Below are positions 17,302 to 27,137 of a DNA stretch of 64,000 nucleotides, one piece after another. Within the stretch, counting starts at the first letter, position 1. Each line of letters opens with the position of its first letter. Source of the stretch: Candidatus Marinacidobacterales bacterium (GTDB lineage Bacteria; Acidobacteriota; Vicinamibacteria; Marinacidobacterales; SMYC01). The notes beneath the pieces are model-generated. The model ran no database searches and was not told the DNA's origin. It saw only the letters and a program-made list of their open reading frames with translations. Location: assembly GCA_965224085.1 (NCBI GenBank), contig CBDCYI010000005.1:256001-320000 (forward strand), read 5' to 3'. Made by a program: the position numbers and the translations under genes.

Positions 17302-19071
17302 CTATCGCTTGATCCCTTGACGGGCCATTACCCTCTTGTCCAGCCAAGCGAATCGGGTCGGATAGTTCTCGACGGGTAAGATCTGATCGCCATGGACATA
17401 GGTCCTCGTTGCTAGATTCAAGCTCAAGGTGGGCAGAAAGATGACAGGCGCATCCTCGATAATCAAGCTTGCCCACTCCGCGACGAGCTCGATTCGGCGC
17501 TCCGGATCGACCGCATGATGGGCGGCGAGGGCCAACTGGTCCACCCTTTCGTTTGCGTAGAACATTCTATTCGAGCCGATCGGCTTCCATGAGCGGGAAT
17601 AAAACAGGAGCATCATCGGCTCATCCGCGTCGGCCGTCGGAATCCCCCAGGACAGCAGTGCTAACTCATACTCGGCCCGCTCGGGCGGGAGCGAAAGCAT
17701 CGAAGCATAGGTGGCCCACTCCCAGAACCTCAGCGAAACATCCACCCCGATGTCTCTCAACATGATGTGGACGAGCTCGGCTATCTGGTCGTCTCCCTTG
17801 GAGCGACCTTTGGCGGCGATGAGACTGAGTTTCAAAGGGCTACCGTCCCGGTCCTCAACCACGCCGTCTCCGTCTTTGTCGGAATATCCCGCCTGCTCGA
17901 GAAGAGCCCTCGCCCGCTGCTCACTGTAGGGGTAGAGGGATTCCTCGCCCTCCGTCATGTCCACGAAACCGACCACGCCCTCCGAGAGGATAGGTGCCCG
18001 GGGAGGCGATGCTCCGACACCGGCGAACACGCTGGCCACCATCCCGACTTTGTCCACCCCGTAGTTCAGCGCCCTTCGCACGAGCGGATCTTTCAGTCCC
18101 GGGGCGAGGTTGTTCAGCACGACGTAGTACTGCCGGGTGCTGGGGACGGTACGAACGGTGATGTGCGGGTCGGCGTCCAACCACTGCAGGTCGAAATCGC
18201 TGAGCTGGACGGCCCGGTCGGCCTCGCCGGTCTCCAGCATCATGGTTCTCACGCTGGCCTCCGGTACGATCACGATGGTCAAGCCGTCCAGGTATGGTAG
18301 CCTGGGTTTCCAGTAGCGCGGATTCCTCACGAAGCGGATAAACTCGCCGTGCCGCCACTCGTCCAGGAGGAAGGGCCCGGTGCCGGTGGGGTGAGTGTTC
18401 ATCCACTCCGCGCCATGCTCTAAATAAGCCCTGTGGTTCCAAATACACAGGGATCGATAGGCAAGATTTGGGAGAAAGGCCGCCAACGGGGCGTCGAAGC
18501 GAAAGCTCACGGTGTGCTCGTCTACCGCTTCGATTTCGTTGATGCCTTCTAGCAGGTACGTGGCCACGAACTTGCGAGCCCGGATCTCGTCGAAAACAGA
18601 CTTGACCGCTTCGGCGTTCAGGGAAGTGCCATCGGTGAAACGGACTCCTTTTTGAAGCTCGACCGTGCATACCTTGTCGTCGTCGGAAAAGTCCCAGCTA
18701 CTCGCCAGCCAGGGTACGACTTCATTCTTCTCGTTGATTTCCACGAGGTTCTCGCAAACGTTCAACCAGATCTCCTGAGCGTTGCTGGCGAGCTCGAAGC
18801 CCGGAAACAGGGTCCGGGGCTCGACCCCGTAGGCGTAAATCAACTCGCCACCGTACCGGCTGTCGTCGTCCCCATGGATATCGGTGCCGTGGGACCCCAC
18901 GCGTGATGCGCCGGAGGCTCGCGCCCCGCCAGTCGCTTCGATTTCAATGGAGCGCCCGAGCTCCTCGCTCGGGCGCTTGGGTGGCGGACCTTCGTCTGTT
19001 CGAGGCAAGATGGCCCAGCCAACGGCCAGCAAAACAACGCACGTGGTCGTAATCATCAACCAGGTTCGCAT
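17302..19071 (-). CDS. ABC transporter substrate-binding protein, family 5
   Basis: PWLASSW, GVRFTDG, GTGPF, NPRYW, VRRALNYGVD; N-terminal anchor/signal. Confidence 0.92.
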   Translation of the reverse strand: MRTWLMITTTCVVLLAVGWAILPRTDEGPPPKRPSEELGRSIEIEATGGARASGASRVGSHGTDIHGDDDSRYGGELIYAYGVEPRTLFPGFELASNAQEIWLNVCENLVEINEKNEVVPWLASSWDFSDDDKVCTVELQKGVRFTDGTSLNAEAVKSVFDEIRARKFVATYLLEGINEIEAVDEHTVSFRFDAPLAAFLPNLAYRSLCIWNHRAYLEHGAEWMNTHPTGTGPFLLDEWRHGEFIRFVRNPRYWKPRLPYLDGLTIVIVPEASVRTMMLETGEADRAVQLSDFDLQWLDADPHITVRTVPSTRQYYVVLNNLAPGLKDPLVRRALNYGVDKVGMVASVFAGVGASPPRAPILSEGVVGFVDMTEGEESLYPYSEQRARALLEQAGYSDKDGDGVVEDRDGSPLKLSLIAAKGRSKGDDQIAELVHIMLRDIGVDVSLRFWEWATYASMLSLPPERAEYELALLSWGIPTADADEPMMLLFYSRSWKPIGSNRMFYANERVDQLALAAHHAVDPERRIELVAEWASLIIEDAPVIFLPTLSLNLATRTYVHGDQILPVENYPTRFAWLDKRVMARQGIKR

Positions 19072-19085
19072 CGTGACCCGTATTC

Positions 19086-19600
19086 TCAGCTCGACGCCCC
19101 GGCAGTTGAGCGAACCGTGGCCAGCTCACCCGTCTTGCTGCCCAGCAAGTCGGTCAGGTTGGAGTCGACGATTGCCTCCAACCGTTTGACTTGCACCGCC
19201 ACCCGGGCCGAGAGATCCTCGAACACTTCGTAGGACTGGCGGGTAGGAGCCATGTCGGTGCTCGACACCACCGCGGTGAGAGCGGCCAGCTTGTTGTGGA
19301 GCGCCTTCTGAGGCAGCGCCATGGGGTTGGGGCCCACGAGCCGCGTCAGTTTCCCTTCGATGTCCAAGAGCTCCTTGATCCGTTCGGCCGCCGCTTCCGA
19401 AACCTCGCCGCCCGCGGCACCTTCGCGCTCCTCGATCTGCTCCCGCGCTTCCCGAATCCGGTACACGGCATCGGTGGTCTCCGATAGCTTGTCGCGAATC
19501 TGGATCATCAGCTCGAATTGAGTGACGAGATCTTCCTCGGTCGCTGGGACTCGGGGGTCTTTGCGGATCTCAAACCCCTGCTCATACGTCTTGCCAAGCC
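19086..19600 (-). pseudogene. Isolated C-terminal tail of a VPS10/BNR-repeat glycosyl hydrolase-like protein
   Basis: FEIRKDPRV...DLVTQFEL..QIRD...APTRQSYEV is homologous to the tail at 47120-47485; no N-terminal propeller is present. Confidence 0.65.
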
Positions 19601-19643
19601 TGCCCTGGGCGGGAGCGAAGGGCCCACAGCGCATCGCGCAGGT

Positions 19644-20705
19644 CTATGGCCTCACTCTGACGTATTTCTGCAACTTCCGGGGGCGGGGCTCCCCACCGTA
19701 CAGGTTGCCGTCGCGATCCACCGCAACGAACTCCGCCCCATTCCCCGTGGTCTCACGCGGATCCCCCCACGGATAGAGAACGAAGGCGGTCACCCAACCG
19801 GTTCGGGCGTCCCCGATCCTGATCCCCATCTCCCAACCCGGATTCTGCACATCGTCTGACTCCGAGTCGGCCACATAGATCTGGTCGTTTTCGTCGAAGA
19901 AGATCCCGCTCGGTCGCCCGAATTGCGTCCACCTGGACAGGAAGTTCCCGTCCTGGTCGAAAATCTGGATCCGGTTGTTCGAGCGGTCGCCCACGAACAC
20001 CCGTCCTCTGGAATCGATGGCGATGGCGTGCAGCGTCCGGAACTCGCCCGGCCCGTAGCCGGTCTGTCCCCAGGTCTTGATGAACGTCCCGTCACTCGAG
20101 AACTTCACCACGCGGTTGTTTGTATTGTTGCCATGGCCATCCGCGACGAAAATGTCGCCATTGTCAGCCACCACGACATCGCTCGGGGCGTTGAAGCTGT
20201 ACCGACCGTCTCCGGGAACTCCCGGGGTGCCGAGGGTCATCAACACCTCTCCGTCCGGGCCGAACTTGATGACCTGGTGTCCTCTTGTCCCCTCTGGCGT
20301 TCGCGCGGCGCCCACCCCGTCGGTCACCCACACGTTTCCGTCCTGGTCCACGTCGATCCCGTGGGGCCATATGAACATCCCGCTCCCGAAGCTCTCCACG
20401 ACATTGCCTTCCAGGTCGAACTTGAGGATCGGGTCCAGATCCGAATCGAGACACTCGTTGCCGAACCGGGCCGGCCAGTCGGACTGGTAACATCGCACCA
20501 CCGCCCAGATATGCTCGCCATCGGGGTCGATCGTCACCCCGCCCACCGCTCCCATCTTCCTCCCGTCGGGAAGCTGGGCCCAGCCATCTACAGCGCGATA
20601 CGGATTCGGGAGGACCTGGGCGAAGGCCTCGACTCCAGTGCCGAGCCCTGTGACGAAGGCCAACGCTACCACTAACCTCCGTCGACTTGCATTCGACATA
20701 ACCAC
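19644..20705 (-). CDS. NHL-repeat protein, peptidyl-alpha-hydroxyglycine alpha-amidating lyase-like, exported
   Basis: Signal peptide; WPHGIDVD, FNAPSDVVV, ADGHG, GEFRTLHAIAID, DRSNNRIQIFD. Confidence 0.85.
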   Translation of the reverse strand: MVMSNASRRRLVVALAFVTGLGTGVEAFAQVLPNPYRAVDGWAQLPDGRKMGAVGGVTIDPDGEHIWAVVRCYQSDWPARFGNECLDSDLDPILKFDLEGNVVESFGSGMFIWPHGIDVDQDGNVWVTDGVGAARTPEGTRGHQVIKFGPDGEVLMTLGTPGVPGDGRYSFNAPSDVVVADNGDIFVADGHGNNTNNRVVKFSSDGTFIKTWGQTGYGPGEFRTLHAIAIDSRGRVFVGDRSNNRIQIFDQDGNFLSRWTQFGRPSGIFFDENDQIYVADSESDDVQNPGWEMGIRIGDARTGWVTAFVLYPWGDPRETTGNGAEFVAVDRDGNLYGGEPRPRKLQKYVRVRP

Positions 20706-20992
20706 ACCTCACCTCGAAAAGAATGACCTAACCCGGGATTTCCATTGTGGCCGTTTCAAATTCCGCTGCCTATTGTACATCGAGACCTGAGTCAAGTCCT
20801 TTCTTAGTTGAAACTCTCCAGGCTCACGATTACGCGACCTTCTTCTTCGTCGATACCAAGGTGCCAGGGCGTTCTCTTACGAGGTCGGGAATAGGCGAGT
20901 GGCGTTTCGCGGCGCCGGCCTGGCTTCGGCGTAACGCTAACGGTTCATAAGGCAACGTTAGTATCCACGCCACTACTGGAGTTGTGGCTCAT

Positions 20993-21618
20993 CATTATTA
21001 ATGCTAATCCGGACGGACCCGTAGCCACGCGCCATTGTCGGACACGGAGGCAGCGATGCGATCCGCGCGCCACGGAAGCATGTTTGGGCATGGCGAGGAC
21101 GTCTGTCGGTACGAGTTCACGTGGGTCGAACCATCGCCGCCCGCGGGGGACAGGGATGATGCCATGTGTGAGAGAGCGGTTCCGAGAAACGCAGGACTCG
21201 TTGTCCGGAGCGAAGATCGAACGAATGAAGACGACGGCGAAGCCGTCCTCCTTAATCCCTTCTGGCTCCCGTGGCCCGGAAAAACAAGGGAAACCGGTTA
21301 GAGGCGAGTGAGTTCACCGCGGCTGGCTTGCCGTGCAAAACCCGGAGTCCGGAGCCCCTGCCGGAGGCACCCGTCCGCCCATCGCCCATAGTGACTCGCA
21401 TCACGGCGCGCAGGTCGTGTCCAGGGCGGCGCAGCCGGCGCGCGAAGGTCGTGCAGGGCGGCGCAAAGCGCGCGAAACCTTGACACGACCTGCGCGCCGT
21501 GATTCCCTGGAAGGGCGATGGGCTGCGGCGAAAAAGGCGCAGGCAAAATGCCCCCAGTTTGGCTCACCAGTTCGGGAGAGCTTGCAGGTCCCGCCGCCGC
21601 GCGAGCGGCTTAGTTCAA
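20993..21618 (-). mobile_element. Putative non-autonomous, internally deleted derivative of the int/IS91-like element
   Basis: Carries the inverted ~465-bp arm with an intact GCGGCTTAGTTCAA (21605-21618). Its other side ends in ATTAATAATG (minus strand 21002-20993), the same 10-mer found at the right end of the full element (14271-14280). Confidence 0.55.
21130..21613 (-). repeat. Inverted copy of 11340-11803
   Basis: Direct base-by-base comparison. Confidence 0.92.
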
Positions 21619-21714
21619 CAACGATTATGTAGAGCTCTACAATAATCACGGACTCCGCATTACAACAACTCTCGTCGCTGAGGATGGCCGAAGTGTGGCA
21701 GCTCTCTCGTTCGG

Positions 21715-21835
21715 CGTATCCTTGCCAATTGCTGCGCGGCGCGAGGTTTTCCATCACGAGGTCGGCTCGGCACCGACAGATCGCGCGCAGCGCGTTGGCG
21801 CCGAGTGAGACGAGGAAGATGAGAACACGGAGCAT
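21715..21835 (-). pseudogene. 5' remnant of an rve/integrase-core (IS481/IS3-like) transposase
   Basis: MLRVLIFLVSLG...RCRADLVMENLA followed by a frameshift into QQLA, matching the common R-DL--ENLALRQQLA N-terminus. Confidence 0.55.
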
Positions 21836-22275
21836 AGCGCCGGAGTGTCCACCGCCCTCGGCGCGATCTCAAGCGCAGCACCGGGCGCTTTGGCCGAAGA
21901 ACGGCGCGTAAGTATTGTGATTTCAAACACGGACGCATTTTGATGAGGCACAGGAGGGAGAGTTCGTCTATTATTAATGATTGTTCACGCGGGTCGTGGA
22001 TGCGCGAGTAGAGTCGAGGAGGCGGGAGGAGAGCGCCGCATCGGGGACGAAGACAATTCCCCGAAGTGGCTCGGGCGTTTGCACGAGCTTTTTTTTGGCC
22101 ATCCGTCCTCACCGCGAGGAGGGAAGATCACGATGTCAGGTCGTACGCTTTCTTCTTCCCCGGAGCCCGGCTCCCACACATACCTTACGTATCGTCCTCC
22201 GAGCCTGGAGGTTGCTGTACGCCAGTCAGTCGAGAGCTCGTATTAATCGTTCCCAGCTCTTCTCAAGGAGGAAGC

Positions 22276-24408
22276 ATGATGAAGCGATCCTGGATCGGTT
22301 GTCGCGTCCTGGCTCTAGCGGCCCTCTTAGGAGTCGCGTCCGCTGGCTCCGCGCAGATGACGGGCCTCGAGAACGGGGAGTGGCATTACCTGGGAGGTGA
22401 CGCCGGGCACACCCGGTCCAATCCGCGGCTGAACCAGATCAACGCGTCCAACTTCTCCGATCTGCAGGTAGCCTGGACCTGGCGGGGGGACAACTTCGGG
22501 CCGAGCGTCGAGTACACGTTCCGGTCCACGCCGGTCTTCGTGGACGGCGTGTTGTACACGGTTGTCGGTCAGCGGCGGCAGGTGGCGGCGATCGACGCCA
22601 CCACGGGCGAGACGCTCTGGACCTTCCGGGAGCCCGAGACGATGAGGTATCTGCGCTCGCCGAGGACGGACTTCGGAAAGAGTGTCGCCTACGCGGAGGT
22701 GGACGGACGGGGCGTGATCTACATCACGTCGCCCGCCTTCTTCCTCTGGGCGCTGGACGCCAAGACGGGGCGGCCCCTGGAGGACTGGGGCACGCCCGTA
22801 CCGGTGGAGGATTTCTCCCGGACCGGCGTCGTTGATCTGATACCGGACCTCGTGGCGGACTGGGAGCCCTGGCTGACCCGGACGACCGGGCCGTACGACG
22901 CGGACCACGGGATCCCGAGGCAGCTGGGCATGGTCACCAGCTCGTCGCCGCCCATCGTGGTGAACGGGGTGGTCGTGGTGCTTATCGGCCACGAGCCCAG
23001 CTACGACCAGACCCGGATCGAGAACGTCCCGGGCGACATCATGGGCTACGACGGCAGAACCGGAGAGCATCTCTGGAAGTTCCACGTCATCCCGCGGCCC
23101 GGCGAGTTCGGCCACGACACGTGGGAGAACGACGCCTGGCGGTGGTCGGGCGACATGTCGTCGTGGGCTCCCGCGTCCGCCGACCCGGAGCTGGGGCTCG
23201 TGTACATCGTGACGAACGCCTCGACCGTCCAGTCGTACACGGGCCATCGCCCGGGCCACAACCTCTTCGGCGGCAGCGTCCTCGCGTTGGACGTCAGGAC
23301 GGGCGAGCGGAGGTGGCACTTCCAGATCCACCACAGTGACCAGTGGAACTACGACATTCCCGCCGCGCCCATTCTGATGGATCTCACGGTGGACGGACAG
23401 CGAATCCCCGCGTTGATCCAGAACACGAAGCAGGGCCTCATCTTCGCGTTGAACCGGGAGACCGGTAAGCCGATCTGGCCTATCGAGGAGCGCCCGGTCA
23501 TGCAGACCCAGGTCCCCGGCAATTATACGGCGCCCACGCAACCCTACCCGACCCGGCCGGAACCGCTGGACCCCATCGTATGGAACGGGATCACCGACGA
23601 GTTCGTGATGGACTACACGCCGGAGCTGAGGCGGCGCGCCACGGAGATCCTGAGCGAATTTCGGGTCGGGGGCCTCTACGTACCGCCGCTGCCCTATCCC
23701 CACAACAACGACTACCGCAACGTTGTCGGCTGCAGCGGCGGGTTGAACATGTACCATCCGCCGGTTGCGGATCCGACGACGGGAATCATGTACGCGTCGC
23801 ACCGGCGGGGCTGCAGAGCCCCCTCGTTCCTGGTGCCCACGAACGGGGAGGACGAGGAGCGGGGGTTGCCCGGACTGAGTGCGGTGAGCTGGAGAGGGCG
23901 GGAGCGGCATACGTCCACCACAGGTACCACGGTCGCAGCGTGGGCGCCCGGCGGCCGCCGCGCGTTTCTGCCGCTGATCGAGGGCCTGCCGGTCTACAAG
24001 CCTCTGTACCAAGGGCTCGCCGCCTACGACATGAACACGGGCGAAAAGCTCTGGGACATTCCGGTCGGCGAGACGCCCGAGCGGATCAGGAACCACCCTC
24101 TTTTGTCGGGAGTGGATATTCCCAATACGGGAGGAACCGGCAACTCCATCCAGATGGTCGTGGGCGACCTCCTGTTGCAAACCATGGAGGACCTGCGGGG
24201 CGATGCCGAAGTGAGCGAGAACGGCATGCCGCTCCTGCATGCCCGCGACAAGCGGACGGGTGAGATCCTGGCGAGCGTCGAGCTCCCGATACCCGGCCAG
24301 TACGGGATGATGACCTACATGCACGAAGCAAAGCAGTACATCGTGGTGCAGGCGGGCAGCGCGAAACGCAACCAACCGGGCTCGCTGGTGGCGCTGACGC
24401 TGCCGTAG
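22276..24408 (+). CDS. PQQ-binding beta-propeller quinoprotein (glucose dehydrogenase-like), exported
   Basis: RBS GGAGG; signal peptide; W..LGGD...TR....QINASN, STPVFVDG, SSPP, WHFQIHHSDQWNYD, MTYMHEAKQYIVV. Confidence 0.88.
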   Translation: MMKRSWIGCRVLALAALLGVASAGSAQMTGLENGEWHYLGGDAGHTRSNPRLNQINASNFSDLQVAWTWRGDNFGPSVEYTFRSTPVFVDGVLYTVVGQRRQVAAIDATTGETLWTFREPETMRYLRSPRTDFGKSVAYAEVDGRGVIYITSPAFFLWALDAKTGRPLEDWGTPVPVEDFSRTGVVDLIPDLVADWEPWLTRTTGPYDADHGIPRQLGMVTSSSPPIVVNGVVVVLIGHEPSYDQTRIENVPGDIMGYDGRTGEHLWKFHVIPRPGEFGHDTWENDAWRWSGDMSSWAPASADPELGLVYIVTNASTVQSYTGHRPGHNLFGGSVLALDVRTGERRWHFQIHHSDQWNYDIPAAPILMDLTVDGQRIPALIQNTKQGLIFALNRETGKPIWPIEERPVMQTQVPGNYTAPTQPYPTRPEPLDPIVWNGITDEFVMDYTPELRRRATEILSEFRVGGLYVPPLPYPHNNDYRNVVGCSGGLNMYHPPVADPTTGIMYASHRRGCRAPSFLVPTNGEDEERGLPGLSAVSWRGRERHTSTTGTTVAAWAPGGRRAFLPLIEGLPVYKPLYQGLAAYDMNTGEKLWDIPVGETPERIRNHPLLSGVDIPNTGGTGNSIQMVVGDLLLQTMEDLRGDAEVSENGMPLLHARDKRTGEILASVELPIPGQYGMMTYMHEAKQYIVVQAGSAKRNQPGSLVALTLP

Positions 24409-24431
24409 CCTCGCGATCGGTTCCTCGATGG

Positions 24432-24474
24432 GGCCGGCCCGGGGGGAACTCCTCCTCGGGCCGGCCTCTGTTTG
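24432..24474 (+). terminator. Probable intrinsic terminator
   Basis: GGCCGGCCCG / CGGGCCGGCC stem followed by TCTGTTTG, just after the stop at 24408. Confidence 0.6.
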
Positions 24475-24589
24475 TGCGCCCGACGCCTTCGCTTATCGAG
24501 TGCGCCCGATAACTCGCCTGGACGACGAGGGCTCCGAGACGCAGAAGGCTGCTAGAGAGATCCAGCCGGTCGCGCAGGGCGGCGGCTAA

Positions 24590-24855
24590 GAGGTCAACCC
24601 GCATCCAAGTGCCGTCCACACCCTTGTACTCCGCCGCTGCTTGTCCGCCCACCAGCCCAGGCGCCATCAGCGGAACAAAACGAACTAGCTTCCGCCTCGG
24701 CGCTCTTTTTTACTTTTCCTTCCGCCGATGCCGACCAGTGCCTCTTCAGCTCTTCGTAGTTCAACCTCAAGGCACGCGACGTCCCATGGACTCCACACTC
24801 GCTCGCCAGTCCCGCCCCAACCTTCCACAGTGCTTCCGGGATTCTCCGCCTCTGC
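24590..24855 (-). pseudogene. Frameshifted remnant of an IS66-like accessory ORF (OrfA-type)
   Basis: RRIPEALWKVGAGLASECGVHGTSRALRLNYEELKR, then a frameshift to FVPL...GTWMRVDL; the pattern matches IS66-associated small HTH ORFs. Confidence 0.5.
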
Positions 24856-24910
24856 CGAAGAGTCGCGGTCTCTTTAGGGTCGCTTTCCTATCCGATCCCG
24901 TCCCTCCTGC

Positions 24911-27010
24911 CTAGGGTTGGGTAGAATCCTTTCCTTTCTCGTCATCTCCGGTGTCGACGGGCACCTTTTCCCATGTATAGTCGCGGCCCATCGCGTGTTT
25001 CTCGAACCAATCCAACTCAGCGTTCATCTTGAACAGTTGATGGCGCAGCTCTCTCCATCCGTGTCCTTCTCGGGGTGCGACGTAGAGGCGCGTCGGAACG
25101 CCGTTGGACTTGAGCGCTCGATATAGCTCGACCGACTGAGGAGCCGGCACCCGCACGTCGTTCTCTCCTACCAGAATCAGCGTAGGCGTCTTCACTTGCG
25201 AGATCTTGCTCAGCGGGGAATGCTCCCAGTAGTTCGAGAAAGGGGCGTCTTGCTCCCACGGGGTGCCACCAAACCAGGCCGTGCGGAAATGCCTTAGGTC
25301 GCTCTGCCCGTACATCGAAATCCAGTTGACTGCGCCCGCCCCCGATGAGGCTGCCTTGAAACGGTCCGTAAATGTGATCATCCAGTTCGTCTGGTACCCG
25401 CCGCCGCTCCATCCCATCTTGATGAGGCGATCCGGATCGGCGATACCCATGTCGATGACAAGATCGACTCCAGCCAAAATGTCGAGGTGGGAGTTGTTGA
25501 AGAAATGCCGCATCCGATCGCGCTGAAATGCGGCGCCGTAGCCGCCACTCCCGCGAAAGTTCGTCTTGAGCACAGCATAACCCTTGGCCGTGAGCACCTG
25601 CACGTAGTCGATCCATCGACCAAAGCCAAACTTGTCCGATGACGCGCTGCCACCATGGTTCTGCGAAACCAGCGGGTAGCGCTTACCGGCTTCATACGCA
25701 AGCGGATAATAGAGAAGTCCCTCGATCGTCACGCCGTCGGCGCCCGTCCACTGAAGCTTCTCTTGCCGCGGCAGCTCGAACTCGCGCGCCAGATAGTCGA
25801 ACACGTGGGTGATCTGGGTCGGGGCAACGTCGTCACCCGCCGCCGGGAACATCCAGACGTCGCCTGGGTTGGTCGGCTCGTCAATGGTAAGTACATGCTG
25901 GTTGGCCGGTAACGCCAGCGTCCACCTGATCGCATGTCGGCCATCGGTCAACTGCACCGGCTTACCGTCGTCAAGATCGACCCGAAATAGCTCACTATGG
26001 ACACCCATGTTAGCGACGAAGAAAATCGACTGCCCCGTAACCGACCAGGAGGCATCCACCACGTCGTATAGCAGATCCGGAAGCAGCATCTGCGGCTGGC
26101 TACCGGTGGCCGAGACCAGGAACATGCTGCTCTTGTACAAGCCAGCAGAACTCAAGGGATCAAACCGCTCGTTTGCCATCGAAAAGAACAACACCTGCGA
26201 ATTATCGGGCGAGAGCTGAGCTCCACGCCCTCCGCAACAGCTCGGCGCTTCGGGCCAGCTGTTCTTGGTAATCTGAACCGCGTTTTCTCCTGTCGCGTCC
26301 ATCACCCACACTTCGCCTTTGTGTGCATCGCCGCCCAGTGGCGTCGGTGCGCGGTGAAAGACAATCCTCCGTCCGTCTCGCGACAGTTGATAGTCGAGTA
26401 GCGAGAAGTCCCCCTTCGTGATCCGTTCCTCAACTTTGTCGGCAATGGAAATCCGCCAGAGGTGGCGGTGCGTGTAGTTCTCGTCGAACGGGTACACGTC
26501 GTCGTCTACCTTCTCGTGTACCTCCTGTTCTGCAGTCTTTGGCTCGAATGCCAGGAAGTAGACAAAGGTGCCGTCGGCCGCCCAGGAAAGCCTGGACACC
26601 GAGGTGGCGTGATGAGTTACCTTTTCGGCCTCGCCGCCGGCGCTCCTCATGATGTGGACCTGGGGCAGGTCACCGCGCCGGCCGACGAAAGCGATCCGCT
26701 GGCCGTCGGGTGACCACCGAGGCTCACTTTCTCCGTTGCGTCCGTTCGTCATCTGAATAGGAGCGTTGCCATTTGGCTCAGCGCGCCAGATGTGGCTCAC
26801 CCGCCCGTTGATCTCCCAATCGGGCTCGGAGAGAACGAACAGCACGTGACGACCGTCGGAAGAGAGTTGAGGATCGCTCAATCTTGGAACTTCCAGGAGA
26901 TCGACGAGCGTCATAGGCCGCTTCTCGGCCTCGGCCCGGAGCTGCCCCGCCAAGAGGCTTATCAAAACGATGCCATGGCTAATCGGAGAATGTTTCGAAT
27001 TCTGTCGCAT
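24911..27010 (-). CDS. S9 family (prolyl oligopeptidase / acylaminoacyl peptidase-like) serine peptidase, exported
   Basis: PD40-type propeller, NFRGSGGYG, GWSGGG nucleophile elbow, DVRVP (Asp), EGHG (His). Confidence 0.92.
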   Translation of the reverse strand: MRQNSKHSPISHGIVLISLLAGQLRAEAEKRPMTLVDLLEVPRLSDPQLSSDGRHVLFVLSEPDWEINGRVSHIWRAEPNGNAPIQMTNGRNGESEPRWSPDGQRIAFVGRRGDLPQVHIMRSAGGEAEKVTHHATSVSRLSWAADGTFVYFLAFEPKTAEQEVHEKVDDDVYPFDENYTHRHLWRISIADKVEERITKGDFSLLDYQLSRDGRRIVFHRAPTPLGGDAHKGEVWVMDATGENAVQITKNSWPEAPSCCGGRGAQLSPDNSQVLFFSMANERFDPLSSAGLYKSSMFLVSATGSQPQMLLPDLLYDVVDASWSVTGQSIFFVANMGVHSELFRVDLDDGKPVQLTDGRHAIRWTLALPANQHVLTIDEPTNPGDVWMFPAAGDDVAPTQITHVFDYLAREFELPRQEKLQWTGADGVTIEGLLYYPLAYEAGKRYPLVSQNHGGSASSDKFGFGRWIDYVQVLTAKGYAVLKTNFRGSGGYGAAFQRDRMRHFFNNSHLDILAGVDLVIDMGIADPDRLIKMGWSGGGYQTNWMITFTDRFKAASSGAGAVNWISMYGQSDLRHFRTAWFGGTPWEQDAPFSNYWEHSPLSKISQVKTPTLILVGENDVRVPAPQSVELYRALKSNGVPTRLYVAPREGHGWRELRHQLFKMNAELDWFEKHAMGRDYTWEKVPVDTGDDEKGKDSTQP

Positions 27011-27137
27011 GGAACACCTTGCCTTTTGTGCTAGATGAGATCAGGAACAATCTTCCTGGAAGCGGGGAGGTTACGCTTGGGAAACGACCTACGCCCGGCT
27101 CCTTTCGTAATCTACAGCGAGGCCGGCATGGTGTCCA

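Noticed and set aside
17850-17885. DKDGDG EF-hand-like loop in the SBP
   Set aside because: A common insertion in family 5 binding proteins; not unusual.
11835-21000. Integron with cassette array
   Set aside because: The integrase lacks an evident integron-specific insertion, no repeated attC sites separate the downstream genes, and those genes form an operon.
22327-24375. 682-aa minus-strand ORF (and similar long shadows at 28889-30958, 42915-43862, 52787-53719)
   Set aside because: Antisense shadows of well-supported genes, expected in high-GC DNA.
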